Part shown: positions 10,283 to 19,477 of the stretch, in pieces
How the letters are laid out: every line of letters begins with the position of its first letter
How positions within the stretch are numbered: position 1 is the stretch's first letter
NCBI GenBank assembly: GCA_021797915.1
Contig: JAJZYT010000005.1
Span: forward strand, 10,043 to 74,042
DNA from: Thermoplasmata archaeon
GTDB lineage: Archaea; Thermoplasmatota; Thermoplasmata; Thermoplasmatales; GCA-001856825
Length of the DNA stretch: 64,000 nt
Direction: 5' to 3'
Made by a program: the position numbers and the translations under genes
Notes under the pieces: generated by a model
Told to the model about the DNA's origin: nothing
Databases searched by the model: none
The model's input: the letters and a program-made list of their open reading frames with translations, nothing else

Positions 10283-10865
10283 AGTGTAGCAGTTCCAAAA
10301 TGGCTGGAACAGTCACTTCGTGTTCATAAATGGTGAACTTCCTCATATTTCCAAGGTTGGATTTAAAATCCCCTTCTGGAAACCCCCCTATAACATAATT
10401 GAGTTCACAGTTCATCACGAGCCCAGTTGACCCTTTCGGATGCAAGACTGCAGTATTCCCAAGGATACCATTTCCTTCAAGGTACTCCAGTAGTGTCATG
10501 CTCTTGGTAGGACTTGATAGTATTTCTTCCACCTTATCGGTAAAATCAGAGTATCCGGGTCCAACATTTCTAAAATCATCTTGTTCTATGATCACATTTT
10601 GCTTTGTGTGAATGGCATATTGTACTTTCAATGAGTCATTGATGATGGATTCCTCGTTTAACCGTACAAATGTATAAGCAATGTGGGGAAAACCAATTCT
10701 CCCTGCCTCATTGGGGAGCTTTTTCCTGATCGAGTTTCCCATTAGGTAATTATCTAGCAGTATGTTGTCTTTGCCTACCCTCTTAAGTACCTTCCTGACC
10801 TCCTCTTCCTCCTTTAATAGTTCGGGAACTAGCTCTAGTTCAGCATCCGCTAGTACAATGAGCAT
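10263..10865 (-). CDS. nep1: Nep1/Emg1-like SPOUT rRNA methyltransferase
   Basis: Collinear with archaeal Nep1 at IVLADAELELVPE, LLDNY, and a YVIGGFPEGDF C-terminal block. Confidence 0.65.
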   Translation of the reverse strand: MLIVLADAELELVPELLKEEEEVRKVLKRVGKDNILLDNYLMGNSIRKKLPNEAGRIGFPHIAYTFVRLNEESIINDSLKVQYAIHTKQNVIIEQDDFRNVGPGYSDFTDKVEEILSSPTKSMTLLEYLEGNGILGNTAVLHPKGSTGLVMNCELNYVIGGFPEGDFKSNLGNMRKFTIYEHEVTVPAILELLHFRLFRQ

Positions 10866-11153
10866 CTAACCGAAAATAGAACCAAAGCTGTCATTCACGT
10901 TCTGTCTTTCCTTCTCTATCATTTCTTCTATTTTCTTGGACTTAGCTCCGTCCACTTTCTCCGATATTTTTGAAAGCTCTCCTCTCGCGACTTTCAGGCG
11001 ATCTTCTGTTCCCTCTAGAATCAGATACTGGTATCCTTCTTCCCCCAGTATCGATGAATCCTTTATTGTGATCGAGAGTCTGAACACTTGATCTATTGCA
11101 AGAATCTTCTCCATGTCTGGCTTCTTCGCAAGAGGAACCTTGTATATATCCAT
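10866..11153 (-). CDS. Hypothetical small protein (95 aa from the internal ATG)
   Basis: Starting at MDIYKVPL (ATG 11151-11153) avoids overlap with the upstream gene. It abuts nep1. Confidence 0.45.
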   Translation of the reverse strand: MDIYKVPLAKKPDMEKILAIDQVFRLSITIKDSSILGEEGYQYLILEGTEDRLKVARGELSKISEKVDGAKSKKIEEMIEKERQNVNDSFGSIFG

Positions 11154-11176
11154 GATACCCCAAGAATAATTCCTAA

Positions 11177-12646
11177 TTATTCTTTTTCGAGTTTTTCGAT
11201 CCATCTCTTCCTTGAATAAATTATCAATGACCCGACAACTATCACTAATGCGGACGTCGAAACCATCAGACCGATTAGTGGTATTTTGCTAAAGGTTCCT
11301 ACAAAAGGAACAACGGATAAGGAAAGGGTGCCTTGACCTGTTCCATTGGTGGTAAAAGAGATTATCGTCTCGTTCGCAGTTCGAGTCACTGTGAAATTTC
11401 CCCCGTTGGATCCCACTCCCTTTAGTGAGAAGCTCGAAACTGAATAGTTGCCCTGAATGACAATTACGAACTTCTGTGAACTGTTCTGTATGAATTGGAA
11501 ATCCAGTACACCGCGTTCGAAAGATAGGTTCTGAGACGTCACATTCGGCGAAAACGGAACGAAATAAGCCTGGTTATTTATGAAAATTTCCGTCGATGCG
11601 TTACCAAGATGGCCATTGCTGTTGTTGGGCTGACCGTTTGTAGAATGGAATGAGGGGAGGAATCTTATCAACACAAAACTGATTGGAGAATTCACTTCAA
11701 GGGTTGAGTTTACGATTGACACTCTGCCATATATGTCCACGTACCCCAGTGTTTCGGCCCCTCTATTGATCTTGAGGATGTGTTCTTCGTAAAATGGGAT
11801 GATGGAGTGCGGGGATGGATCGTAGTTAGAATTAACCACCTGCAACGATTCACGATCCGAATTGCCGAAACTGAATCCGTCCGAGAGAGTTATGTTAATA
11901 GAACTATCATATCCCTGGAGGTACATTGTGGGGAATAGTCCATCTGAAGCCAGAATGCATGTACTACCGGGTACCGAAAAATCTTTGGTGCTGAAGGATA
12001 AGAGAGTACTTTCAGAACTGGAAATGTTTGAAATTATCGCAACAGATGAGTCTTGATTTATTAAGGAGTAGTCCTTGATTTCACCATTTGCATAGCCAAA
12101 GCTGGAGTAGTTACCGATGAAAGAGTAACCGTTGAATTGCATGCTGTTTTGGCTAAAATTGAAGTTGGATATTGGCGCGCTCATGTACGAGATGGCAAAG
12201 TGTTGGAGGAAACTCGAACCACTTATTGATAGTTGATTCGCGCTTTCCGATATTTTACCAGTCGTGAATAGTGTTCCAAGATAGTTTGATTGGTAAAAAT
12301 ACACATATTCTAAGACTGACGACGAGTATGAAAAATTGCCTACCGACGAAAAAGAAATCGCAGGTGTGATAGTGACATTACTCAACCCCTGCCAAAAGAG
12401 GGAAATCACGCTTTCGTCGTTGACATAAGGTTGGGTTAAGCTAGAAGATGTTCCGGTGACATTGACATACTTGAACACATCAACCGTCTGACTGTTGACA
12501 TGGACGGTAAAGTTTGAAATACCGTTCGTTGTGCTGTTGTAATCGTCGAAAGAAGTTACAGAGCTAATCCCAGATGCACTAGTCAGAGATAACCCAGAAA
12601 GCAGCATCAGGGAAGCCACTATTAACGCAACGACGAGGTACCTCAT
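11177..12646 (-). CDS. Secreted, C-terminally anchored, sequon-rich surface glycoprotein candidate
   Basis: N-terminal signal-like helix (MRYLVVALIVASLMLLSGLSL), C-terminal TM followed by a basic tail (..LVIVVGSLIIYSRKRW), and many N-x-S/T sequons. Confidence 0.7.
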   Translation of the reverse strand: MRYLVVALIVASLMLLSGLSLTSASGISSVTSFDDYNSTTNGISNFTVHVNSQTVDVFKYVNVTGTSSSLTQPYVNDESVISLFWQGLSNVTITPAISFSSVGNFSYSSSVLEYVYFYQSNYLGTLFTTGKISESANQLSISGSSFLQHFAISYMSAPISNFNFSQNSMQFNGYSFIGNYSSFGYANGEIKDYSLINQDSSVAIISNISSSESTLLSFSTKDFSVPGSTCILASDGLFPTMYLQGYDSSINITLSDGFSFGNSDRESLQVVNSNYDPSPHSIIPFYEEHILKINRGAETLGYVDIYGRVSIVNSTLEVNSPISFVLIRFLPSFHSTNGQPNNSNGHLGNASTEIFINNQAYFVPFSPNVTSQNLSFERGVLDFQFIQNSSQKFVIVIQGNYSVSSFSLKGVGSNGGNFTVTRTANETIISFTTNGTGQGTLSLSVVPFVGTFSKIPLIGLMVSTSALVIVVGSLIIYSRKRWIEKLEKE

Positions 12647-12748
12647 TTATTTTGAATATCAAATCTATATTAAAGCTATCTGATACAAAATTCGAAATGG
12701 TAAAGAAGAGTTATTATTCGTTGCGTCGATAAAGGTACAGGTGAAATT

Positions 12749-13618
12749 ATGCCTGGATCTATAAAAGTTAATCAACCTCCTCCAAAAGCTCCAGTAGATT
12801 TCAAGATCAGCACGGAGAACGAGAACATCAAGAACATCAGCAATGTGCTGGTGGTAATGAGTGGGAAAGGTGGAGTGGGAAAATCCACTGTTTCAGCGAA
12901 TCTGGCAGTAGAATTGTCTGAAAGAGGTTTTCAGGTTGGGCTCGTGGACGCGGATATGCATGGGCCAGATATTCCACAGATGCTTGGCTTGGTGGATGAT
13001 AAACCGGTCATGAACGATGACAAGAAAATCGTCCCTGTCAATTATAGCAACAACCTGAGGGTCATCTCAATAGAATACTTCCTTCCATCCAGAGACACCC
13101 CTGTCATATGGAGGGGTGCCCTGAAACACAAAATGATAGAACAGTTCGTGAAGGACATTGCCTGGGAGAAACTTGATTTTCTTATATTTGATCTTCCACC
13201 CGGGACGGGAGATGAGGCTCTTTCTATCGTTCAGTTAATTCCCAAGGTGACTGGATTTGTGATCGTAGGGACTCCTCAGGAAGTAGCCATGATAGATGTC
13301 AGGAAAGCAATCAATTTCGCCAAACAGCTAAACGCCCCTGTGATCGGGCTCGTCGAAAATATGAGCGGATTCGTGTGCCCACACTGTGGAAAGACGACAT
13401 ATATCTTCAAGAAGGGGTCCGGGGAAAACATTGCAAGAGAGTTCGGCATAAACTTCCTTGGTTCCATGCCGTTGGAACCATCCGTGGTCGAAGACGGCGA
13501 TGACGGCACTCCTATGGTGCTATCTCACCCTGAGAGCAGCAGTTCAAAGAGTTTCAGGTCGATCGTGGACGAAGTCCTGAAATACCCGGGGATTGTAAGA
13601 AAGTCTGAATCATCATAG
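12749..13618 (+). CDS. apbC: Mrp/NBP35/ApbC Fe-S cluster carrier ATPase
   Basis: Deviant Walker A GKGGVGKST, and the CPHCG motif. Confidence 0.9.
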   Translation: MPGSIKVNQPPPKAPVDFKISTENENIKNISNVLVVMSGKGGVGKSTVSANLAVELSERGFQVGLVDADMHGPDIPQMLGLVDDKPVMNDDKKIVPVNYSNNLRVISIEYFLPSRDTPVIWRGALKHKMIEQFVKDIAWEKLDFLIFDLPPGTGDEALSIVQLIPKVTGFVIVGTPQEVAMIDVRKAINFAKQLNAPVIGLVENMSGFVCPHCGKTTYIFKKGSGENIAREFGINFLGSMPLEPSVVEDGDDGTPMVLSHPESSSSKSFRSIVDEVLKYPGIVRKSESS

Positions 13619-13647
13619 AGTGAGGCATCGCGACAAGAAGGTAGACG

Positions 13648-14562
13648 ATGAGAATTCAAACTTCTGATCTCTCGAAGACATACGATAAGAAGTACACCGC
13701 TCTGGAGAACCTGACTCTGGACCTGAATCTTAACGGCATCTTTTCCATAATTGGGAGGAATGGGGCAGGGAAAACTACCTTTGTCAGGATCATGTCTACC
13801 GAGTTAATGCCGACTTCTGGAAGCGGGTTCATCAACGAAATGGACGTGGTGAGTCAGGCAATAGAGGTGAGACAACAAATAGCGGTGGTCCCCCAGGAAG
13901 CACGCCCACTTCCGTGGCTGACACCCTTGCAAACAGTCAGCTCCTACTTGATGTGGAGAGGCTATTCTTACAGGGAAGCCAACGAGAAAGGGAAGGAAGC
14001 ACTCAGAGAACTCGGCCTAGAAGGAAAGGAGCGGGAGAAGAGCAGAAAACTCTCCGGAGGTCAGAAGAGGAAGTTGATGGTAGCTACTGTCATATCCAGC
14101 GAGGCTCCTGTAGTTTTTCTTGATGAACCCACGACCGGGCTTGATTATCTTTCCAGAAAAGAGCTCTGGCAGCTGCTTTCCAAGATGAAGAAGGATAGAC
14201 TGATAATCCTCACGACTCACTACTTGGAAGAGGCTGAAATACTCGGGGACCAGATAATGATTCTCGACAGCGGAAAGCTAGTCGACATTGGGAAGATCGA
14301 TGACTTGAGGGCCAAAGTGAAACTTCCCTATGTTCTAAAAGTCTATTCGGATAATTTCAAGATAGAAGACAATGAACTACAGGTCCACCCCGTTTCAGAA
14401 AAGGAGACGTTCGTTTACGGTTCTGCGACGAAGATCTACGGGCTTATGCCGTATCTGGTGACGAACAAGATGAAGTTCACAGTCGAGGAGGCATCTCTCA
14501 GCAGCATTTTCGAACAGTACGTTGGTGGGGAGGAAGGGGAGAATGAAAAGGAAGATTGGTAG
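13648..14562 (+). CDS. ABC transporter ATP-binding protein
   Basis: Walker A GRNGAGKTT, signature LSGGQKRKL, Walker B VVFLDEPTTGLD. Confidence 0.9.
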   Translation: MRIQTSDLSKTYDKKYTALENLTLDLNLNGIFSIIGRNGAGKTTFVRIMSTELMPTSGSGFINEMDVVSQAIEVRQQIAVVPQEARPLPWLTPLQTVSSYLMWRGYSYREANEKGKEALRELGLEGKEREKSRKLSGGQKRKLMVATVISSEAPVVFLDEPTTGLDYLSRKELWQLLSKMKKDRLIILTTHYLEEAEILGDQIMILDSGKLVDIGKIDDLRAKVKLPYVLKVYSDNFKIEDNELQVHPVSEKETFVYGSATKIYGLMPYLVTNKMKFTVEEASLSSIFEQYVGGEEGENEKEDW

Positions 14563-15286
14563 CCAAATACTCGCCTCGATACTGGTCAATTCTGTGTATG
14601 CAATGATAAACTACCCGGTTGTACTGATAAATACGCTTCTGGCACCGCTAGCCATTCTGGCAGTGGTCACGTTTGCGAGCAAGGGGGCACTTCTACCTGT
14701 CGCTGCTGTGGGTGCACTTATCATGAACATGGTTTCTAGCGGGACTTCACTCCAGCAGGACTTATCCCACCTGAAGAATGACATGAGATTACAAGACATG
14801 ATAGTTAGTTCCCCCACTACCTCTCTGGTTTACATAGTGGGAATGGCGATATCGGAGATTGTTTATTCTATTCCAACTCTCGCGTTTCTGGTTATTTTGA
14901 ACGTGATTTTTGTAAAGATAACACTGCTAGGAGGGCTCATCATCTTCCTAGATATGGCGACGATTTTCACTTTCTCGATTTCACTTGGATTCTACTTGTC
15001 CACATTCACTTCTGACATCATACAGTCCTGGGGATTTTCCGGTATCTTATCCCCCCTGTTGACCACCATTCCACCAGTCTACTACCCCATAACTTACATC
15101 CCATATCCATACCGGTATCTGGCATACCTTTCGCCAACTACTTATGCATCCGAAATCGCACAAAGCCAGACCGGTTTCTTTAACCCGGGAGTTGTGGGAT
15201 TTTCAATAGCTTGGATAGTGTTACTCGCCATAACGGGTGCGCTCACTTATTTAGCTCTCAAGAGATCAAGGTGGAGAGAGAATTAA
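14543..15286 (+). CDS. ABC-2 type permease
   Basis: Six hydrophobic spans. It overlaps the end of the ATPase gene. I chose the ATG at 14543 (MKRKIGSQ) over the listed GTG at 14522. Confidence 0.75.
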   Translation: MKRKIGSQILASILVNSVYAMINYPVVLINTLLAPLAILAVVTFASKGALLPVAAVGALIMNMVSSGTSLQQDLSHLKNDMRLQDMIVSSPTTSLVYIVGMAISEIVYSIPTLAFLVILNVIFVKITLLGGLIIFLDMATIFTFSISLGFYLSTFTSDIIQSWGFSGILSPLLTTIPPVYYPITYIPYPYRYLAYLSPTTYASEIAQSQTGFFNPGVVGFSIAWIVLLAITGALTYLALKRSRWREN

Positions 15287-15350
15287 GACCAAAAAGGTCA
15301 CAGGCTGGATTCAACCTTATATATTACAGATAATTGAGTCAATAGCATCG

Positions 15351-15737
15351 ATGAAAGAGGAGAAGAGAGGAAGAACCTTCAAAGGATTCATTTCACTTAT
15401 AGTGTTGAGGGCACTCTGGAATGAACCTGGTTATGGATATAACCTGGAAAAAGAAATCAATCGGGGACTGGGGGTGAAACTCTCAAACGGTGAAATCTAC
15501 TCAGTTTTGAGGAACATGGAGATAAGGGGACTGATAAAGTACAAGGGAAAACGTCAGGAAGGGAAAAACAGGAAGTATTACGAAATAAGCAGCGAGGGCA
15601 AGCAGTATCTCCAGGAACAGGCAAAGAATATGGAAGTAGCATTGCCCACAATAGAAGAGATCATAGGATTTGTAAATTCAAATTCAGACAGAGGAAAAGA
15701 AGGATCTGAATTGGCACCCTCTTGCAAAAACGAATGA
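15351..15737 (+). CDS. PadR-family transcriptional regulator
   Basis: LIVLRALWNEPGYGYNLEKEI...GEIYSVLRNMEIRGLI winged-helix typical of PadR. Confidence 0.85.
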   Translation: MKEEKRGRTFKGFISLIVLRALWNEPGYGYNLEKEINRGLGVKLSNGEIYSVLRNMEIRGLIKYKGKRQEGKNRKYYEISSEGKQYLQEQAKNMEVALPTIEEIIGFVNSNSDRGKEGSELAPSCKNE

Positions 15738-16681
15738 AATATATAAAAGCAGTGAATTCTAAACTTGTGAATCAAACAGTTTTGTTCTACGGTGATGAAG
15801 ACATCCTTAAGTCTCTCGCGAAAAAGGGATCTGAGACGGATATAAGATTCTACAATACCAAGATATCCGGTAACGAAATTACGTTTCTCTATCCATTCAA
15901 ATTCCCAGAGAGAATACAGACGCTACTTAATGCTGCGTCTGTTTCAAATAAGGCAATTCTGGCGGTGAATGAACTAGACAAGAGTGTAGGGGAATTCCTT
16001 CTCACGCTTGATTATCAAGGGATAAAGAATCTTGGTGTAATAGCGGCACCGCAGGTGTTGGAACACATACAAAAGATAGCAGGCGCGATGGGAATCTCTG
16101 TTGACGCCATGAGCCAAAAGTACGAAGATGTCGAAAGATTTTCACTTCTCCCAGTGACTCCACCAAAGCAGGAAAACCTAGTCGTGTTGGACCAGAGCTT
16201 CCAAGTGAAAGGAGTTGGCACTGTCAGCCTTGGCTTCTTATTGGGAGGTCAAATCAAGAAACACATGGTCATGAGAGCATACCCTTCCGGCAAGACGGTA
16301 GATATAAAAAGCATACAAATAATGGACGTCGACATGGAAACGGCAGAACCATTCTCAAGGGTAGGACTTGCCTACAGGAACGTCGAGGTGGATGATGTGC
16401 CAAAGGGTACCATTCTCTACTCCAGAGAAGGGGTAGAATTCACTGAGAGTATACAGCTTGAAGTCAGGACAAATCCAACGGTGAAAGTAGTGCCCTCCGT
16501 TGGGGAAAAGATCCAACTGAACTTCCTTTTCAACAACATCAATGCTGAAATATCTGACATCTCAGAAGGAAAATATCTGATAGATGTCGACAAAAAGGTA
16601 CCTATAATAGACGAAATATTCTCGATAACTTCTCTCAACTCTAGTCCGAGAGTAATAGGAGCTGGGAAACCTGGAAATTGA
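15734..16681 (+). CDS. EF-Tu/SelB-like translation-factor paralog with a degenerate G domain
   Basis: Its ATG overlaps the PadR stop (ATGA at 15734-15737). It has an EF-Tu domain II-like block (VLDQSFQVKGVGTVSLGFLLGGQIKK), but YGDEDILKS sits where the GxxxxGK(S/T) P-loop is expected. Confidence 0.6.
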   Translation: MKYIKAVNSKLVNQTVLFYGDEDILKSLAKKGSETDIRFYNTKISGNEITFLYPFKFPERIQTLLNAASVSNKAILAVNELDKSVGEFLLTLDYQGIKNLGVIAAPQVLEHIQKIAGAMGISVDAMSQKYEDVERFSLLPVTPPKQENLVVLDQSFQVKGVGTVSLGFLLGGQIKKHMVMRAYPSGKTVDIKSIQIMDVDMETAEPFSRVGLAYRNVEVDDVPKGTILYSREGVEFTESIQLEVRTNPTVKVVPSVGEKIQLNFLFNNINAEISDISEGKYLIDVDKKVPIIDEIFSITSLNSSPRVIGAGKPGN

Positions 16682-16898
16682 AGTCAGGTTAAAGCTGAAA
16701 GGAACCGAGGTAGACAACATCATAAGGGCAATAAATGCGGATCACTCGAGATACATAAAGTGTAAGAAGACGAAAGATGGGTATTCATGTTCCGTGACAG
16801 GTCAAACGAACGACGTGAGGAAGACCATCAACGAGTTCTTGGAATCTATCTTATACCTAGAAAAGGTATCCGAAAGCCTTGATGCCCGAGTGGGGTAG
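16671..16898 (+). CDS. Pcc1-like (KEOPS subunit-like) small ORF, not in the ORF track; the start codon is unresolved
   Basis: The frame is open from 16659 to the TAG at 16896-16898: LEIEVRLKLKGTEVDNIIRAINADHSRYIKCKKTKDGYSCSVTGQTNDVRKTINEFLESILYLEKV. This beta-alpha-beta-beta-alpha pattern resembles archaeal Pcc1. There is no in-frame ATG/GTG/TTG near the 5' end. Confidence 0.35.
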   Translation: MEIEVRLKLKGTEVDNIIRAINADHSRYIKCKKTKDGYSCSVTGQTNDVRKTINEFLESILYLEKVSESLDARVG

Positions 16899-16958
16899 TT
16901 TGGATTATCCTAGAGGCCTGCGGAGCCTCAGACCTGGGTTCGAATCCCAGCTCGGGCG
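16884..16958 (+). tRNA. tRNA-Arg (anticodon GCG)
   Basis: Acceptor GCCCGAG/CTCGGGC, anticodon stem GAGGC/GCCTC with loop CTGCGGA, and T-arm CTGGG-TTCGAAT-CCCAG. No CCA is encoded. Confidence 0.85.
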
Positions 16959-17181
16959 TCCCACCTTGATCCTGATCTTCCGGAAAACCAAACCAGAACC
17001 GGTAGAAGAGAGTAACCTTATTTTGAAGAACCTCAACAGTCAGAATTATTTGCTTTCAATTGGTGCGCTCTGTAAACAAGAATTGGGACCGTCATTGAAG
17101 GAGCATATCCACGAATGAATAAATGGAATGCATTGCGAATGAAGGTTCCAGAAAACTCCAGAATTCAAGGTCTCTCAACAA

Positions 17182-18144
17182 CTACCTTCCGACAGATATC
17201 ACAATTGTGTCTCCCCTTGAGACTTTTTCAAAAACTGCAGATACTGTGACCGTGCCTGACTCGGACCCTGTCCTCTTAACAATCAACGGATCAATGACTT
17301 TAAATCCATCCATCATCCTTTTCTTGACTTCAGCGTCAGTTCCTCTTTGAACCACACAGTATATCTTCAGGAAGTCCACGTTAGAAGAAATGAGCAGCTT
17401 AATTGGATCTTTATCAAATTGATAACGGTAATTCAAGAAGAGATTCTTTTCGTCCATTTTATGCAGCGGTTTATTCAAAGTAATTGTGAGTCCTGTCTGT
17501 CCTGCAAAGGAGTATACAATGTTTTCCTTCGACAAAGGGATACTTCCAGTCTCATCGAAGGCAATCAAATTTATCTGATCAGGAGAATCAACGACTCCAA
17601 CTGGAAGTGGCAGAGGCATCCCAGTTACAATTTTAAGCCCTGAATTTACAACGTGGGCGAATACTGCAACAGAAGGTACCTCTTTAGTGAAATCGAAAGC
17701 TACGGACATCGTGCTCACCTTCGTGTCTTGTGCGGATGGGTCTTCTGTTTTCCTACTATAGTAGTATGAACTTCCTTCTGTCCTTCGGTTGATGAGATCG
17801 AGTTTCAATAGCTTCTTGATGTTCCTGTGGATTGTAGTAGGACCTATCGGTCTGCCATAGACATTTTCGAGCATTGACTTTATATCTTTGAACCTAAATT
17901 CCTTCCCATTCATTCTCTTGTAAACGATCTCCTGAAGAGAATCTGCGATGGAATTGTTTGAGATTGAATTAAGTCGACTGTCATATCCAATGACAACATC
18001 TTTTCTAAAAAAGTGCGACGTGCCGTCTGAATGAATGAATCGAGCATAATGGTAAGTTTTTCCCTTGGACTTTGTGACATAATTTATCTTTCTCGCCTGC
18101 CCGCCGCACACTTGGCACTCGCTTTGAATGGATTTTCGGCCCAT
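17182..18144 (-). CDS. Cassette 1, protein B: CCHH zinc-knuckle + winged-helix-like + beta-rich C-terminal domain; family unknown
   Basis: CQVCGG..x..FIHSDGTSHFF, then FRFKDIKSMLE..TIHRNIKKLLKLDLINRR. It aligns end to end with 29726-30658. Confidence 0.75.
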   Translation of the reverse strand: MGRKSIQSECQVCGGQARKINYVTKSKGKTYHYARFIHSDGTSHFFRKDVVIGYDSRLNSISNNSIADSLQEIVYKRMNGKEFRFKDIKSMLENVYGRPIGPTTIHRNIKKLLKLDLINRRTEGSSYYYSRKTEDPSAQDTKVSTMSVAFDFTKEVPSVAVFAHVVNSGLKIVTGMPLPLPVGVVDSPDQINLIAFDETGSIPLSKENIVYSFAGQTGLTITLNKPLHKMDEKNLFLNYRYQFDKDPIKLLISSNVDFLKIYCVVQRGTDAEVKKRMMDGFKVIDPLIVKRTGSESGTVTVSAVFEKVSRGDTIVISVGR

Positions 18145-18189
18145 CTGACTGTCAATTATTTCCTCAGATATTCAACTTTCTATTTCAAA

Positions 18190-19161
18190 TCATACGACTG
18201 ACTTATCGAGAGTCCACTTGAGCTGCAGGACCGAAAATGCCTCTACGTCTCTTAATGAAATGCTGTGAATATACTTCCATTTTGGGGATTCACTCTCCGC
18301 CAAGCGATTCGTAAGGTCTTGGGTTTCATTTCTGGAGGAAGAGGTTAAGGACGCAATCAAATTGATCGGGTTGTTACCAGAAATGGTAAAATCAAGTCTC
18401 GTCATGTTAGTGGCCGACCAAATTGCGAAGTTCTGTTTCGTTTCTGGGACATAATATTCAATTCTCATTTTTCTTCTCTCTCCTGGCAAGAGGGGAATTG
18501 GGAATCTCATAAGCACCCTCTTCTCCAGAGGAGTATCTTCAAGAAGAGTTACTTTTAGATCCTTCGAATTAGAAAAGTCGAATGCCTTGTATTTCAATTC
18601 TGTGAAAGTTATACCAGTATCCGCAGTAATTCTGAATGGCATAAAGGAAATAGACCATGCGTGATCATTCCTAATCTCATACGAAAACGAGTGCTTTCTG
18701 AACATGCCGTCATTTAGTACATCTCCTAGGAAAATTTCAATTGTATCGAATACGAAGCTAAGTCTTTTCTTATCCATAGTATTGATATAAAAAAGACTCC
18801 TCCCTCTCTTTTGCTTCTCTACTATTCCTGCTTTTTCTAATTTGTCTAGCGCATACTGTATTGAAGTGAATCCTAAGTTTGAATATTTTTGAGCAAGATA
18901 TTTTCTAACGTCGATTATTTGAAAGTCTCCGGAATTAAAGGTCTGAGAGTTTAGTAAACCTATTAACGCATCTTCAAGTTCTCCCTTTTTTATCATCCGA
19001 GAACCTGCTGAGTTTATGTTTAAATAATGAACTTTTCCTTCATGATGGTACACTAAGTATTCATAACGATTTCCTTTTCGATTCGTCGTCCAGGAATGAG
19101 TGACCCTCGCTTTGAAACCGCATATGGGACAAACTCCCTCTTCAAAAGAACGCACCATCAA
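18190..19161 (-). CDS. Cassette 1, protein A: CCHH zinc-knuckle + winged-helix-like + beta-rich C-terminal domain; family unknown
   Basis: EEGVCPICG..YHHEGKVHY, then ..IQYALDKLEKAGIVEKQKRGRSLFY. It aligns end to end with 28712-29668. Confidence 0.75.
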   Translation of the reverse strand: MMVRSFEEGVCPICGFKARVTHSWTTNRKGNRYEYLVYHHEGKVHYLNINSAGSRMIKKGELEDALIGLLNSQTFNSGDFQIIDVRKYLAQKYSNLGFTSIQYALDKLEKAGIVEKQKRGRSLFYINTMDKKRLSFVFDTIEIFLGDVLNDGMFRKHSFSYEIRNDHAWSISFMPFRITADTGITFTELKYKAFDFSNSKDLKVTLLEDTPLEKRVLMRFPIPLLPGERRKMRIEYYVPETKQNFAIWSATNMTRLDFTISGNNPINLIASLTSSSRNETQDLTNRLAESESPKWKYIHSISLRDVEAFSVLQLKWTLDKSVV

Positions 19162-19224
19162 ACGATATTAACATATAGTATAAAAATTAGAAAAAATGTA
19201 GGATAGTTAGAAAGAATGATTGGT

Positions 19225-19320
19225 CTATCCGCCACCAAAGCTTGCCCCGCTCAAAGCATGGGCAATTGCGAAGTAAGCGACGCTTCCAAAAGCAATCACC
19301 AAAGATATCAGTTCAAACAT
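19225..19320 (-). CDS. Cassette 1 micropeptide: 31 aa, single TM helix, C-terminal GGG (not in the ORF track as such)
   Basis: MFELISLVIAFGSVAYFAIAHALSGASFGGG*. A G-rich SD-like GGGGG lies ~9 nt upstream of the ATG. A positional and compositional counterpart is at 28555-28656. Confidence 0.5.
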   Translation of the reverse strand: MFELISLVIAFGSVAYFAIAHALSGASFGGG

Positions 19321-19371
19321 TTTTATTCCCCCTATATGACAATTCTCATTACCTATTTCGACACTTCTACA

Positions 19372-19393
19372 GAGTTCGAAAGTTTTCGAACTC
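19372..19393. promoter_or_regulatory. Cassette 1 palindromic operator candidate
   Basis: GAGTTCGAAA-gt-TTTCGAACTC, with 10-bp perfect arms, lies 52 nt upstream of the micropeptide ATG. It matches the cassette 2 site with compensatory arm changes. Confidence 0.55.
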
Positions 19394-19477
19394 TCTAATA
19401 ATGTTGAATTACCCCCCACGAATATTGAAAAGAAATGGAATCTGACCCCTCAAGTACGATAGCTGGACTACGAGGGA

